The notes: a model not told the origin generated them from the letters alone. A stretch of DNA of 64,000 nucleotides from Gaiellales bacterium (GCA_045806525.1 JBJMJD010000079.1:2503-66502), one strand, 5' to 3'; positions 46,226 to 56,312 are shown, counted from the first letter of the stretch. Numbers and translations are program-made.

Positions 46226-47965
46226 TTAGTTGACCGGGAGGTCGAGTGGCTTGTCGGGCGGGATCGCCAGATCCTTGGTCAGGAACGTCGCAATCTGCTG
46301 GAAGGCGGGGGCCGCCACGATGCCGCCGAAGATGTTGGTGCGCGGCGAGTTGACCACCACCAGCACCTCGACCCGCGGGTTGTCGGCAGGTAGGAAGCCG
46401 ACGAACGAGGCCACGTAGTTTCGGGTCGAGTAGCCGAGGCTGTGTGGCAGCGCCACCTGCGCGGTGCCGGTCTTGCCGGCCACGGTGTACCCCGGCACCG
46501 ACGCGCGGGTGCCGGTGCCGGCGGCGGTGTCGACCACGCCCTTCAGCATGTTCACGAGGGTGTGGTCGACAGTCGGGCTGAGGACGCGCCGCGAGACCGG
46601 CTTGGGCGCCGGCCGGCCGCCGATCTTCTCCACCACGTGGGGCTCGACCAGCACGCCGCCGTTCGCGATGCCCGCGTACATGGCCGCCATCTGCAGCGGC
46701 GTGACCGCGATGCCCTGGCCGATCGGGATGTTGCCGATCGAGGAGGAATACCACTTGTCGGGCGGCAGGATGGCGGGCGCCGCCTCGGCCGGCAGGCCGA
46801 TGTGCGTGGGGCTGCCGAATCCCCAACGCCGGATCCAGTCGTAGAGCGGCTGCTTGTGCACCAGCTCGGCGATCGTGACCGTGCCCACGTTGGACGACTG
46901 CTGCAGGATCTGGGCGGCCGTGAACGTCCTGGTCGGGCGGGGGGCGTCGTCGTGCACGATCCGGTCGCCGACCTTGATCGCGTACGGGATCCGGAACTGC
47001 GTCTGCGGCGTGACGATCCCGGCCGTCAACGCAGCGCCCATCGTCACCACCTTGAAGGTCGAGCCGGGCTCGTAGGAGTACTCGACCGCCATGTTGGGGC
47101 TGTCGCGCTCGCGCTGCTTGGTCGAAAGGTCGTGCACCGTGTTGTTGTCGTAGCCGGGCGCGGTCGCCATCGCCAGGATCGAGCCGTTGCGCGGATCCAG
47201 CACCAACGCCGTGGCCGTGTGCGCGCCCGTGCGGCTCACGGTCGCGTCCAGCACCGACTGCACCTTCTGCTGGATGGAGCGGTCGATCGTGAGCTGGACG
47301 TCGCGGCCCTGCTGGGCGCGGCGCAGCGTGACCGTGCTGAGCGGCACGCCGCCGGGGCCGCGCACCTCGAGCTGCTCGCCGGGGTGGCCGCCCAGCACGC
47401 TGTTGTACTTGTGCTCGACGCCGGCGCCCCACTTGCCGCTGTTGTTGGAGTCGACGTAGCCGATCAGCTGCGAGGCCATCTTCCCGGACGGGTAGTCGCG
47501 GCGCACGGAGTCGACCGTGAACAGCCCCGGCGGGTGCGCCGACATGATGTCGGCGGCGACGGCGGGGTCGAGCTGCGACAGCACCCGCGCCTGTACAACG
47601 TGCGGAACGGTCAACCGGCCCACAAGCAGCTTCACCTCGGCCCTGAACGCCTTCTTGTGCTTGAGCGGGTAGCCGAGCTTCTGGGCGATGTAGGAGGCGA
47701 CCTGGCCGGAGTCCTGCACCCTGGACGGGTACACCATCAGGTCCTTGGCGGGCACGTCGACGGCCAGCGCCTGGCCGGTCGCGTCGAGGATTCGGCCGCG
47801 GTTGGTGGGCAGCACGATGGTCGAGTTCTGCTGGCCGTGGGCGCGGGCGGCCAGGGCGCTGGCCTGCAGGATCTGCACGTACAGGGCGCGCCCGATCACG
47901 ACCGCGAAGGCGGCCGCGAACACGAACATGATCAGCCGCAGGCGCTGGTCGGACTGCTTGCTCAC
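46226..47965 (-). CDS. ftsI: Class B penicillin-binding protein (FtsI/PBP-type transpeptidase)
   Basis: GTG at 47965 (GTGA overlap with the ftsL stop). TM LRLIMFVFAAAFAVVIG. STFK, SSN and KTGT motifs. Confidence 0.9.
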   Translation of the reverse strand: MSKQSDQRLRLIMFVFAAAFAVVIGRALYVQILQASALAARAHGQQNSTIVLPTNRGRILDATGQALAVDVPAKDLMVYPSRVQDSGQVASYIAQKLGYPLKHKKAFRAEVKLLVGRLTVPHVVQARVLSQLDPAVAADIMSAHPPGLFTVDSVRRDYPSGKMASQLIGYVDSNNSGKWGAGVEHKYNSVLGGHPGEQLEVRGPGGVPLSTVTLRRAQQGRDVQLTIDRSIQQKVQSVLDATVSRTGAHTATALVLDPRNGSILAMATAPGYDNNTVHDLSTKQRERDSPNMAVEYSYEPGSTFKVVTMGAALTAGIVTPQTQFRIPYAIKVGDRIVHDDAPRPTRTFTAAQILQQSSNVGTVTIAELVHKQPLYDWIRRWGFGSPTHIGLPAEAAPAILPPDKWYSSSIGNIPIGQGIAVTPLQMAAMYAGIANGGVLVEPHVVEKIGGRPAPKPVSRRVLSPTVDHTLVNMLKGVVDTAAGTGTRASVPGYTVAGKTGTAQVALPHSLGYSTRNYVASFVGFLPADNPRVEVLVVVNSPRTNIFGGIVAAPAFQQIATFLTKDLAIPPDKPLDLPVN

Positions 47966-48435
47966 GGCGCCGCGGTACTGCCTTGCCGGCCGGCATGCCC
48001 GCCGGCGCTCGTGACGGAGTGCCTCGCTGCACGCCTCAGCGGGTGCAGGCGCAGGTAGTCGTTGCGCAGCGGCTGCGCCGGGATCATGCCGTAGCGAGCA
48101 GCGTCGGCGTTGATGCGACCCGAGCCCGATCGCCGGGCGACGAACGAGCGCAGCGCGTCGTTCTGGGATCTCAGTGCCGCCTCCTGGCCCTCGATCTTGC
48201 TGGCCGAGATCGAGTTGCGGAGGGCGCCCACGTTCAGCGCGACGATGCCACCCAGCAGGGTGGCGATCAGGAGCACCCACAGCACTCCCGGGGCGACCGG
48301 CGAGCGCCCTGCGCGGGGACGCGCCAGCGTGGCCGGCCGGCGGCGGTTCTGCCTGCGCTTGGGGGTGGTCTCGGTTGCCGGCGCCGCGCGACGCGGCCGC
48401 GACGGTGCCGCCGGCGCCGGGGCGACGACGCTCAC
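47962..48435 (-). CDS. ftsL: FtsL-like cell division protein
   Basis: Arg/Pro-rich N-terminus, single TM VLWVLLIATLLGGIVAL, then a short coiled-coil-like segment. Canonical position between rsmH and ftsI. Confidence 0.6.
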   Translation of the reverse strand: MSVVAPAPAAPSRPRRAAPATETTPKRRQNRRRPATLARPRAGRSPVAPGVLWVLLIATLLGGIVALNVGALRNSISASKIEGQEAALRSQNDALRSFVARRSGSGRINADAARYGMIPAQPLRNDYLRLHPLRRAARHSVTSAGGHAGRQGSTAAP

Positions 48436-49364
48436 GCTTGCGTCCTTTCGGCCGCGCGCAGCTTGGCCGATGCGGACCTCGGGTTGACGCAGCGCTCGTC
48501 CACGCTTGGCACCACCGCACGCGTGGTGAGCGCGCGCAGCAGCGGCTCGTGACCGCAGACGCAGATCGGGAAGTCGGGCGGGCAGGTGCAGCCACGCGCC
48601 TGGTTGCGGATGAAGCGCTTCACGATCCGGTCCTCGAGCGAGTGGAAGCTGATCACCGCCATCCTGCCCTCAGGCGCAAGCAGTTCCAGCGCATGATCGA
48701 GGCCCTCGCTGAGCGACTCCAGCTCGTCGTTGACGGCGATACGCAGCGCCTGGAACGAGCGCTTGGCCGGATGGCCCTGCCCGAACCGGCTGGGCGTGGG
48801 GATCGCGGCCTTGATCACATCGACCAGGTCACCGGTGCGGGCGAACCGCTCCCGTGCGCGGCGGCGCACGATGGCGCGGGCGATCTGCCGGGAGAAACGC
48901 TCCTCTCCGTATCCGCGCAGCAGCTGGGCGATCTCGCGCTCGTCCCACTCGTTCACGATCTCGGCGGCCGTCAGGTCGCCGGTGGGATCCATCCGCATAT
49001 CGAGCGGCGCGTCGGCTGCATAGCTGAAGCCGCGCTCGGGTCGGTCGATCTGCATCGAGGAGATGCCGAGGTCGAGCACCAGCGCTTCGGCGCGCAGGCC
49101 GGTGGCGGCCAGGTTGCGCAGCACCAGCGCGAAGTTGCCGTGGATGAACCGGGTGTCGGCCGACGCCCCGGCCGCAAAGCGCTTGAAGTGCCGCTCGGCC
49201 TCGGGGTCGCGGTCGATGGCGATGTAGCAGCCGTGGCCGCGCAGCTGCGGCTCCAGCAGGGCGGCGTGGCCGCCGGCGCCGAAGGTGCCGTCGACCACGG
49301 TGTCACCCGGCTGCAGGTCGAGCAGCTCGGCCACCTCGGATGCGAGGACGGGCACGTGTTCCAC
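48432..49364 (-). CDS. rsmH: 16S rRNA (cytosine1402-N4)-methyltransferase
   Basis: HVPVLASEV...DGTFGAGGHA...LGISSMQ. GTG at 49364 is preferred over the track start at 49400, which would overlap mraZ. Confidence 0.9.
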   Translation of the reverse strand: MEHVPVLASEVAELLDLQPGDTVVDGTFGAGGHAALLEPQLRGHGCYIAIDRDPEAERHFKRFAAGASADTRFIHGNFALVLRNLAATGLRAEALVLDLGISSMQIDRPERGFSYAADAPLDMRMDPTGDLTAAEIVNEWDEREIAQLLRGYGEERFSRQIARAIVRRRARERFARTGDLVDVIKAAIPTPSRFGQGHPAKRSFQALRIAVNDELESLSEGLDHALELLAPEGRMAVISFHSLEDRIVKRFIRNQARGCTCPPDFPICVCGHEPLLRALTTRAVVPSVDERCVNPRSASAKLRAAERTQA

Positions 49365-49371
49365 TGAGTGG

Positions 49372-49800
49372 CTACTGCTGTGAGAGACGTTCGGCAACAT
49401 CCTCCACGCTCCCCTCGGATTCTGCCTGCTGGCGCGTCCAGGCCTCGCCGTCCCACACCTCGAGGTAGTCGCGCGCGCCGGCGACGACGATGTCCTTGTC
49501 CAGCTGGGCGTGCTGCAGCAGCGACTGGCTCAGCATCACGCGCCCCTGCCCGTCCAGCTCGCACTCGTTGGCGCCCCCGTAGAACCAGCGGCTGAGCCGC
49601 CGCGACTCCTTGTTGAAGGGGTCGAGCCGCTCCAGCCGTGATTCCACGAAGGAGTCCCAGTTGCCGCGCGGGAATACGAACAGACAGCCGTCGAAGCCCT
49701 TTGTGACGACCGCGCCCTCCGCGAATGCCGCGCGGAGCTTGGCGGGCAGGGTGAGGCGGTTCTTGGCATCAAGTCGTTGAGTGAATTCGCCGAGCAGCAA
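49372..49800 (-). CDS. mraZ: Transcriptional regulator MraZ
   Basis: TTG start. MLLGEFTQRLDAKNRLTLPAKLR plus a second DxxxR-type repeat ELDGQGRVMLSQSL. 142 aa. Confidence 0.93.
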   Translation of the reverse strand: MLLGEFTQRLDAKNRLTLPAKLRAAFAEGAVVTKGFDGCLFVFPRGNWDSFVESRLERLDPFNKESRRLSRWFYGGANECELDGQGRVMLSQSLLQHAQLDKDIVVAGARDYLEVWDGEAWTRQQAESEGSVEDVAERLSQQ

Positions 49801-49810
49801 AGGGTCGATC

Positions 49811-49854
49811 TCCCATTTCTTCCCACTCTACCCCACTTTGCCCCACAATGTCAA
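49811..49854 (-). promoter_or_regulatory. Predicted Pmra promoter overlapped by four 10-nt-phased MraZ boxes
   Basis: The minus strand reads TTGACA-TT-GTGGGGcaaa-GTGGGGtaga-GTGGGAagaa-ATGGGAgatc. TTGACA (49854-49), an 18-nt spacer, then TAGAGT (49830-25). The (G)TGGG(G/A) repeats have an exact 10-nt period ending 11 nt before the TTG start. Confidence 0.6.
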
Positions 49855-50017
49855 TGCACGCGTACCCCCCGCGATAACGCAGCCCGAGATCGCGCCGGTT
49901 CCGTTGTCAGATAGGACACGAATGTGTCAAGCGGCGAACAAACATGACTGTTAGCTGCTCGTAAACATCTGCGGATGATCGTGTTGGTGTCCATCCAGCC
50001 TGGTAGAGTCCGCCACC

Positions 50018-51202
<1,185 letters not shown>

Positions 51203-51497
51203 GACTGCGTAAGGAGTGCGTTCGAGCGCGGTGATCCCCCTATTCATGTGATCGATCCCGGGATAAACTGGGTTTGCGGTCACCTCATGCCGAAAGCAGT
51301 CCCGGTAGGGCGGTATGGAAGTGGGGTCTTTAGATTGGTGATCGAGGGCCTGTTCTCTTAATCCGACGCCAACCCGAGGGGCGTAGAACCTCAACCGGCG
51401 AAGGGCGGGAATACGGACCGAAGCGCGAACGTTGGAACTGACGCGGCGGCCGCTGCCTTCTGGCCTGCCTCAACACAGTGAGTGAGGAGTTGATCGT

Positions 51498-52541
51498 ATG
51501 ACTGAGCAGCAGATCATCGAGCCGGAGGCGCGGCTCCTGGTCGAGCTCGGCCAGGAGCGTGGGGTGCTGTACGAAGACGAGCTGGCGGCTCTGGCTCAGG
51601 AGATCGACCTGGACACGGACGACATCCAGGCGCTCCGCGATGAGCTGACCGGCCTCGGCATCGAGGTGGTCGACCCGCCCGCTCCGGAGGAGCGTGTCGA
51701 GGTGGTCGACGTCGAGATCGCGACCACCAACAGCCTCGATCTGTTCCTGCGCCAGGCGGGCCGTTACCCGCTGCTGACGAAGGATGAAGAGGTGCAGCTG
51801 GCCAAGGCGATCGAGAGCGGCGACCTGATCGCGAAGCGGCGCATGATCGAGTCGAACCTGCGGCTGGTCGTGTCGATCGCCAAGCAGTACCGCGGACAGG
51901 GCGTGCCGTTCCTCGACCTGATCCAGGAGGGCGTGCTGGGCCTGAACCGCGCGGTCGAGAAGTTCGACTGGCGGCGCGACCTCAAGTTCTCGACGTACGC
52001 GACCTGGTGGATCCGCCAGGCGGTGCAGCGGTCGATCGCAAACAGCGGCCGCACCATCCGCCTGCCCGTCCACGTCTCCGACCGGCTGCGCGCGATCGAG
52101 CGCTCGCGGCGCTCGCTCGAGGCAAGTCTCGGGCGCGAGCCGACCGACGAGGAGATCGCGAAGGCGGCCGAGCTGACCGTGGACGCCGTGGCCGAGACGC
52201 TCAGCCTGGCCCGAAAGACCGTCTCGATGCACGAGCCGGTGGGCGAGGACGGCGACTCCGAGCTGGGCGACATGATCGCCGACCCGGACGCGGGCAACCC
52301 CGAAGAGCTGGCCGAGGCGCAGCTGCGCCACGAGAAGCTGCGCGAGGGGCTGGGCCGGCTGGGCGAGCGAAAGCGGCTGATCCTGGAGCTACGGTTCGGC
52401 CTGGACGGCAACGATCCGCGCAACTTGGAGGAGATCGGCCGCATCGTCGGGCTCACCCGCGAGCGCGTCCGCCAGCTGGAGGCAGAGGCGCTGCGCGAGC
52501 TGGCTGCGTCGGCCGACATGCAGCCGCTGCGCGCGGCCTGA
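51498..52541 (+). CDS. RNA polymerase sigma-70 factor, principal (group 1/2) type
   Basis: Region 1.1-like acidic N-terminus. Region 2 [12 protein letters not shown]...[16 protein letters not shown]...[12 protein letters not shown]. Region 4.2 [28 protein letters not shown]. Confidence 0.9.
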   Translation: MTEQQIIEPEARLLVELGQERGVLYEDELAALAQEIDLDTDDIQALRDELTGLGIEVVDPPAPEERVEVVDVEIATTNSLDLFLRQAGRYPLLTKDEEVQLAKAIESGDLIAKRRMIESNLRLVVSIAKQYRGQGVPFLDLIQEGVLGLNRAVEKFDWRRDLKFSTYATWWIRQAVQRSIANSGRTIRLPVHVSDRLRAIERSRRSLEASLGREPTDEEIAKAAELTVDAVAETLSLARKTVSMHEPVGEDGDSELGDMIADPDAGNPEELAEAQLRHEKLREGLGRLGERKRLILELRFGLDGNDPRNLEEIGRIVGLTRERVRQLEAEALRELAASADMQPLRAA

Positions 52542-52567
52542 CCCACAGGCACCACTCACTCACTGCG

Positions 52568-52595
52568 CTGCGGGCCCTCTGCGGAGGGCCCGCAG
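52568..52595. terminator. Perfect 12-bp hairpin between convergent genes (bidirectional terminator candidate)
   Basis: CTGCGGGCCCTC-TGCG-GAGGGCCCGCAG lies between the sigma gene stop (52541) and the VOC gene stop (52599). Confidence 0.6.
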
Positions 52596-52598
52596 TCG

Positions 52599-52979
52599 TT
52601 AAGCGCGGTAGCTGATCAGCTCGAGAAGGCTGCCGTCGGGGTCCCGGAAGTAGACGCTGGTACCGATGCCACGGGCGCCGTCACGGTGCACCGGGCCGAG
52701 CTCGACCTCGACGCCGCAGGTGGCCAGGTGGGCCACGGCAGCATCGATCGAGCCGTCCCAGACGAAGCAGATGTCGCTGCTGCCCGCGGGGCTCTCGTGC
52801 AGCGGCAGCGGAAAGGCGTCGAAGCCCGGCCCGTGCACGTTCAGCTGGCGGTCGCCGAAGCGGTAGGCCACGACCGGGCCGCGCGGCACCACCTCCGCCC
52901 CCAGCACATCGCGGTAAAAGGCGTTCGAGCGCTCCCAGTCGGTGACGGTGACGACGGTGTGGTCGAGGTCGACGTTCAC
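52599..52979 (-). CDS. Glyoxalase/bleomycin-resistance/dioxygenase (VOC) family protein
   Basis: GTG at 52979 overlaps the upstream stop. LDHTVVTVTDWERSNAFYRDVLGAEV...SVYFRDPDGSLLELISY. Confidence 0.8.
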   Translation of the reverse strand: MNVDLDHTVVTVTDWERSNAFYRDVLGAEVVPRGPVVAYRFGDRQLNVHGPGFDAFPLPLHESPAGSSDICFVWDGSIDAAVAHLATCGVEVELGPVHRDGARGIGTSVYFRDPDGSLLELISYRA

Positions 52980-54310
52980 AGGGCGTGTGGCACGTGGTGC
53001 TTCCAGGCGACGGCGGCGATCCGCGCCGCCACCCGCTCGACCACGGCCTGGTCGACACCGCTGCGGGCGGCCGCGGCGGCCACATCGAGGCCCAGCTCCT
53101 CCAGGCAGACGATCGCCAGGTCGGCGTCGTGGTACGTGAAGCCGAGCTCGTCCTCGTCGGTCTGGCCGCCCCAAAGGCCGGCTGTCGGGTGCTTGACCAG
53201 CACCGCCTCGGGCTGGCCCATCATCTCCGACGCCAGCTTCACCTCGGTCTTGTAGAGGTCCCAGATCGGCTCGACGTCGGAGGCGGCGTCGCCGAAGCGG
53301 GTGAAGTAACCGAGGAAGTACTCGCTGCGGTTCTCGGTACCCAGCACCAGCGCTTCGCGCTCCTGGGCGAGGTCGTAGATGGTGATCATGCGAGCGCGGG
53401 CGCTGGCGTTGCCGAACCGCAGCGGCGCGTCATGGACGGTCGGACGGGCGGCCGCGATGCCCTCCAGGATCGGCTCGATCGAGACGTTCATGAAGTTGGC
53501 GTCGGGCAGACCGGCGGCGGCGGCGCAGGCACGGGCGTCGTCGACGTGCACCTGCTCGGTGTGACGGGAGGGCAGCGTGATCGCGAACACGTTCTCGGGG
53601 CCGAGGGCGCGAGAGGCGATCGCGAGCGACAGGGCCGAGTCGATGCCGCCGGAGAGGCCGAGCGCGGCACGGCTGCGGCCGGCGCCTTCCACCACTTCGC
53701 GCAGCCGCCGCACCTTGGTCTCCAGGATCGGCGCCAGCTGCTCGCGGCCGCGCAGCAGGTGCACGCGGTCGAGCGTGCCGCCGGCCGCTCGGATCTCGCT
53801 CAGCGCCCGATCGCCGTCACCGGGCTCGACGTCGACCGCTGCGATCGCATCGCGGAGCACGGTTGTCTCGAAGCCGGCCGCGATCGCATCCAGGGCGGTG
53901 GCGCGGACGCAGTAGTCGGTGGCGAGACCGGCCACGACCACGTGGCTGACGCCGCGCGCGCGCAGGCGCTCGGCGAGATCGGAGTCGTCGAAGTCGGAGT
54001 ACTGCTCGCGGGCTGGATCGCGTCCCTTGTCGTGGACGATGTCGAACGACAGGCCCGCCACTGACGGGTGTAGCTCGGCACCGGGGGTTCCAGCCACGCA
54101 GTGCGCTGGCCACGGGCCGCCCTGCTCGCGGAACGAGATGTGGTTGGCGGGGTGCATGTCGCGCGTCGCAACCAGCGTGCCGGCGCCGGCGGCCGCTTCG
54201 GCGATGACCGTCCCCAGCTGGTCGCCGCCGTCGACCCCCAGCGCGCCGCCGGGGCAGAAGTCGTTCTGCACGTCCACGACGATCAGGGCGGTTGTGGATG
54301 GGTCGGTCAC
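52976..54310 (-). CDS. Fusion protein: N-terminal nicotinamidase (PncA, isochorismatase fold) plus C-terminal NH3-dependent NAD+ synthetase (NadE)
   Basis: GTG at 54310 (GTGA overlap with the pncB stop) within track ORF 52976..54760. PncA motifs ALIVVDVQNDFCPGGALGV, the Lys in HDKGRD, and VVAGLATDYCV (catalytic Cys). NadE motifs LGLSGGIDSALSLAIA (SGGxDS P-loop) and LVLGTENRSEYFLGYFTRFGD. One continuous frame of 444 aa. Confidence 0.8.
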   Translation of the reverse strand: MTDPSTTALIVVDVQNDFCPGGALGVDGGDQLGTVIAEAAAGAGTLVATRDMHPANHISFREQGGPWPAHCVAGTPGAELHPSVAGLSFDIVHDKGRDPAREQYSDFDDSDLAERLRARGVSHVVVAGLATDYCVRATALDAIAAGFETTVLRDAIAAVDVEPGDGDRALSEIRAAGGTLDRVHLLRGREQLAPILETKVRRLREVVEGAGRSRAALGLSGGIDSALSLAIASRALGPENVFAITLPSRHTEQVHVDDARACAAAAGLPDANFMNVSIEPILEGIAAARPTVHDAPLRFGNASARARMITIYDLAQEREALVLGTENRSEYFLGYFTRFGDAASDVEPIWDLYKTEVKLASEMMGQPEAVLVKHPTAGLWGGQTDEDELGFTYHDADLAIVCLEELGLDVAAAAARSGVDQAVVERVAARIAAVAWKHHVPHAL

Positions 54311-55614
54311 GAGGAGAGCTCGATTCGCAGGGCGTCGACGGCCGGCGAGTGCGTGGGCGGCACCGTAGCGGGATCTCGCAGCGCTCGCACGGCCTCCGGC
54401 AGCAGCGCCAGCTCGGCAGCCGCGCGGTCGCGGATCGCATCCAGCGACGGCGGGTCGCCGACGCGGCGTCCCGCGCGCAGCACCGGCTCGAGCAGCGGCT
54501 TGCCGTCGAACGGCTCGTCGACGAGGCCGATCACGTCGCCGGAGGCCGACCGGAACACCTGGTGCCGGCCGGGCAGCGTGGCCTTGCGGGAGGAGCGCTT
54601 GATGACCGGACGGCCGGCGCTCTCGACCAGCTTGTAGACGCCGCCCAGGGCGGGATCGTCGCCGCCGGTGACCAGGCGGGTGCCCGCGCCGAAGCCGTCG
54701 AGCGGCGCACCGGCGCCGACCAGCTCGGCGATACGGTACTCGTCGAGGTCGCCGGAGCACACGATCTGGGTGGCCATCAGGCCGGCCGCGTCGAGGACGG
54801 CGCGCACCTGGCGCGAGAGCGCGTCGAGGTCACCGGAGTCGAGGCGCACAGCGAAGGGCGTGACGCCGGTCAGCTGCGCGGCCTCGGCGGCGATGCGGGC
54901 GCCGGAGATGGTCTCGTAGGTGTCGATCAGGAGCGTGGGCCGGCAGGGCTGGTCACGCAGGAAGGCGCAGAAGGCGTCCAGCTCGGTGGCAAAGCCCATC
55001 ACGTAGGAGTGGGCCATGGTGCCGGTGGTGGGAATGCCCCACTGCATGCCGGCGGCGACCGTGGCGGTGGCGACGGCGCCGCCGATGTAGGCACAGCGTG
55101 CGGCGAGCACTCCGGCTTCGCCGCCGTGGGCGCGGCGGAACCCGAAGTCGAAGACGGGGCGGCCGGCGGCGGCCTGCACGATGCGCGCGGCCTTGGTGGC
55201 GATCAGGGTCTGGAAGTTGATCTGGTTCAGGAGGTAGGACTCAACCAGCTGGCAGACGAGGCGCGTGCCCTCGATGCGGAGCAGCGGCTCGGTGGCGTGG
55301 GCCACGGTGCCCTCGGGCATGGAGTCGAGGTCGCCGTCGAAGCGAAGGTCCCGCAGCTCGTCCAGCAGCGGGTGGGCGCACGTGCCCGAGCGTTCGAGGT
55401 AGTCGAGCGAGCTGGCGTCGAAGTGGAGCTCGCGGAGATAGCGCTCGGCGGTCTCGAGGCCGGCGGCGACCAGGTAGCCGCGGTCGCGGGGCAGCTCGCG
55501 CACGAACAGCTCGAAGGCGACACGGTCATTGGCGGTGCCCTGGGCCAGGTAGGAGGCGGCCATGGTCAGCTGGTAACGGTCGGTCAGCAGCTCGGGGGGC
55601 GGACACAGCGTCAT
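54307..55614 (-). CDS. pncB: Nicotinate phosphoribosyltransferase
   Basis: 435 aa. LLTDRYQLTMAASY..., GTMAHSYVMGF. Confidence 0.9.
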   Translation of the reverse strand: MTLCPPPELLTDRYQLTMAASYLAQGTANDRVAFELFVRELPRDRGYLVAAGLETAERYLRELHFDASSLDYLERSGTCAHPLLDELRDLRFDGDLDSMPEGTVAHATEPLLRIEGTRLVCQLVESYLLNQINFQTLIATKAARIVQAAAGRPVFDFGFRRAHGGEAGVLAARCAYIGGAVATATVAAGMQWGIPTTGTMAHSYVMGFATELDAFCAFLRDQPCRPTLLIDTYETISGARIAAEAAQLTGVTPFAVRLDSGDLDALSRQVRAVLDAAGLMATQIVCSGDLDEYRIAELVGAGAPLDGFGAGTRLVTGGDDPALGGVYKLVESAGRPVIKRSSRKATLPGRHQVFRSASGDVIGLVDEPFDGKPLLEPVLRAGRRVGDPPSLDAIRDRAAAELALLPEAVRALRDPATVPPTHSPAVDALRIELSS

Positions 55615-56312
55615 GTGGCGCGCCGGTAACGGGCGCTCTCGGCGAGAATCCGGGGCGCACGCTCGGCGAAGCGGTAGATGGTGGCCGGACGGCCGCCGGT
55701 GGGGCGCTCGCCGGCCTCGGCCAGGACGCCCCAGCCCAGCGCGATGCGGCGAAAGTTGTTGGGCTCGAAGGCACGTCCGATGCCGGCCTCGTAGACGTGG
55801 CGCAGCTCGGTCATGGTGAACCGCTCGGGCAGCATGCTCCAGGCGACGTTCTGGTACTCGAGCTTGTAGGCCAGCCGGCGGCGGGCGTACTGCAGGATGC
55901 GGTCGTGGTCGAATGCCAGCACCGGGCCTCGATCGATCTCGGCCAGCAGCTCCTCGAGCGGCCGCCAGGCCGCCTCGCGGGCGTCCGACCCGGGCCGCAG
56001 GGACACGCGGCCGCCGTCCACCAGGGCCAGGTAGCAGCAGGAGATGACGCGACCGCGGGGGTCGCGGTCCTGCTCCGAGAACGTGGCCAGCTGCTCCATG
56101 AACACGTCCGAGACGCCGGTCTCCTCACGCAGCTCCCGCTCGGCCGCCTGCTCGAGCGTCTCGTCAGGGTGCAGGCCTCCGCCCGGAAGCGCCCAGTAGC
56201 TCTCGTAGGGCTCGTATCGCCGACGCACGAGCAGCACCTGCATGTCGCCCTCGAGAAAGGTGAACGCCGCCACGTCGGCGGCCACCTTGGGATGTCCTGG
56301 GTCGCTGGCCAC
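55611..56312 (-). CDS. nrtR: NrtR-type regulator (Nudix domain plus C-terminal winged-helix)
   Basis: GTG start. Nudix box GGGLHPDETLEQAAERELREETGV. The C-terminal ~90 aa (YKLEYQNVAWSMLPERFTMTELRHVYEA...) fits the NrtR wHTH. It heads a pncB/pncA/nadE operon, as described for the NrtR family. Confidence 0.75.
   Translation of the reverse strand: MASDPGHPKVAADVAAFTFLEGDMQVLLVRRRYEPYESYWALPGGGLHPDETLEQAAERELREETGVSDVFMEQLATFSEQDRDPRGRVISCCYLALVDGGRVSLRPGSDAREAAWRPLEELLAEIDRGPVLAFDHDRILQYARRRLAYKLEYQNVAWSMLPERFTMTELRHVYEAGIGRAFEPNNFRRIALGWGVLAEAGERPTGGRPATIYRFAERAPRILAESARYRRAT

Noticed and set aside
44766-48032. A 1088-aa ORF appears to fuse murE with upstream sequence.
   Set aside because: Only the last 481 codons (from the TTG at 46211) look like MurE. 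The upstream 600 codons are low-complexity and overlap ftsI and ftsL, which are well supported in another frame.
49855-50017. A possible ydaO/c-di-AMP riboswitch upstream of the RipA-like NlpC/P60 gene. Such hydrolase genes often carry one in Actinobacteria.
   Set aside because: Only the 3' element is loosely matched (UUAGCUGCUCGUAAAC versus consensus CAGCUAACCUCGUAAGC). The G-rich cores (ACGGGGGA, GGGGUGAAUC, CCCGAA) are absent. cmsearch with RF00379 would settle it.
54311-54760. A 150-codon N-terminal extension of the pncA-nadE ORF (track 52976..54760). There are similar extensions on gltX (to 25428), the second ABC gene (from 4655), gcvH (to 33151), cpaF (to 62073) and cpaB (to 63784).
   Set aside because: The extensions are Arg-rich and overlap the upstream gene. 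An internal GTG/ATG that forms a 4-nt overlap with the upstream stop gives the canonical family N-terminus.
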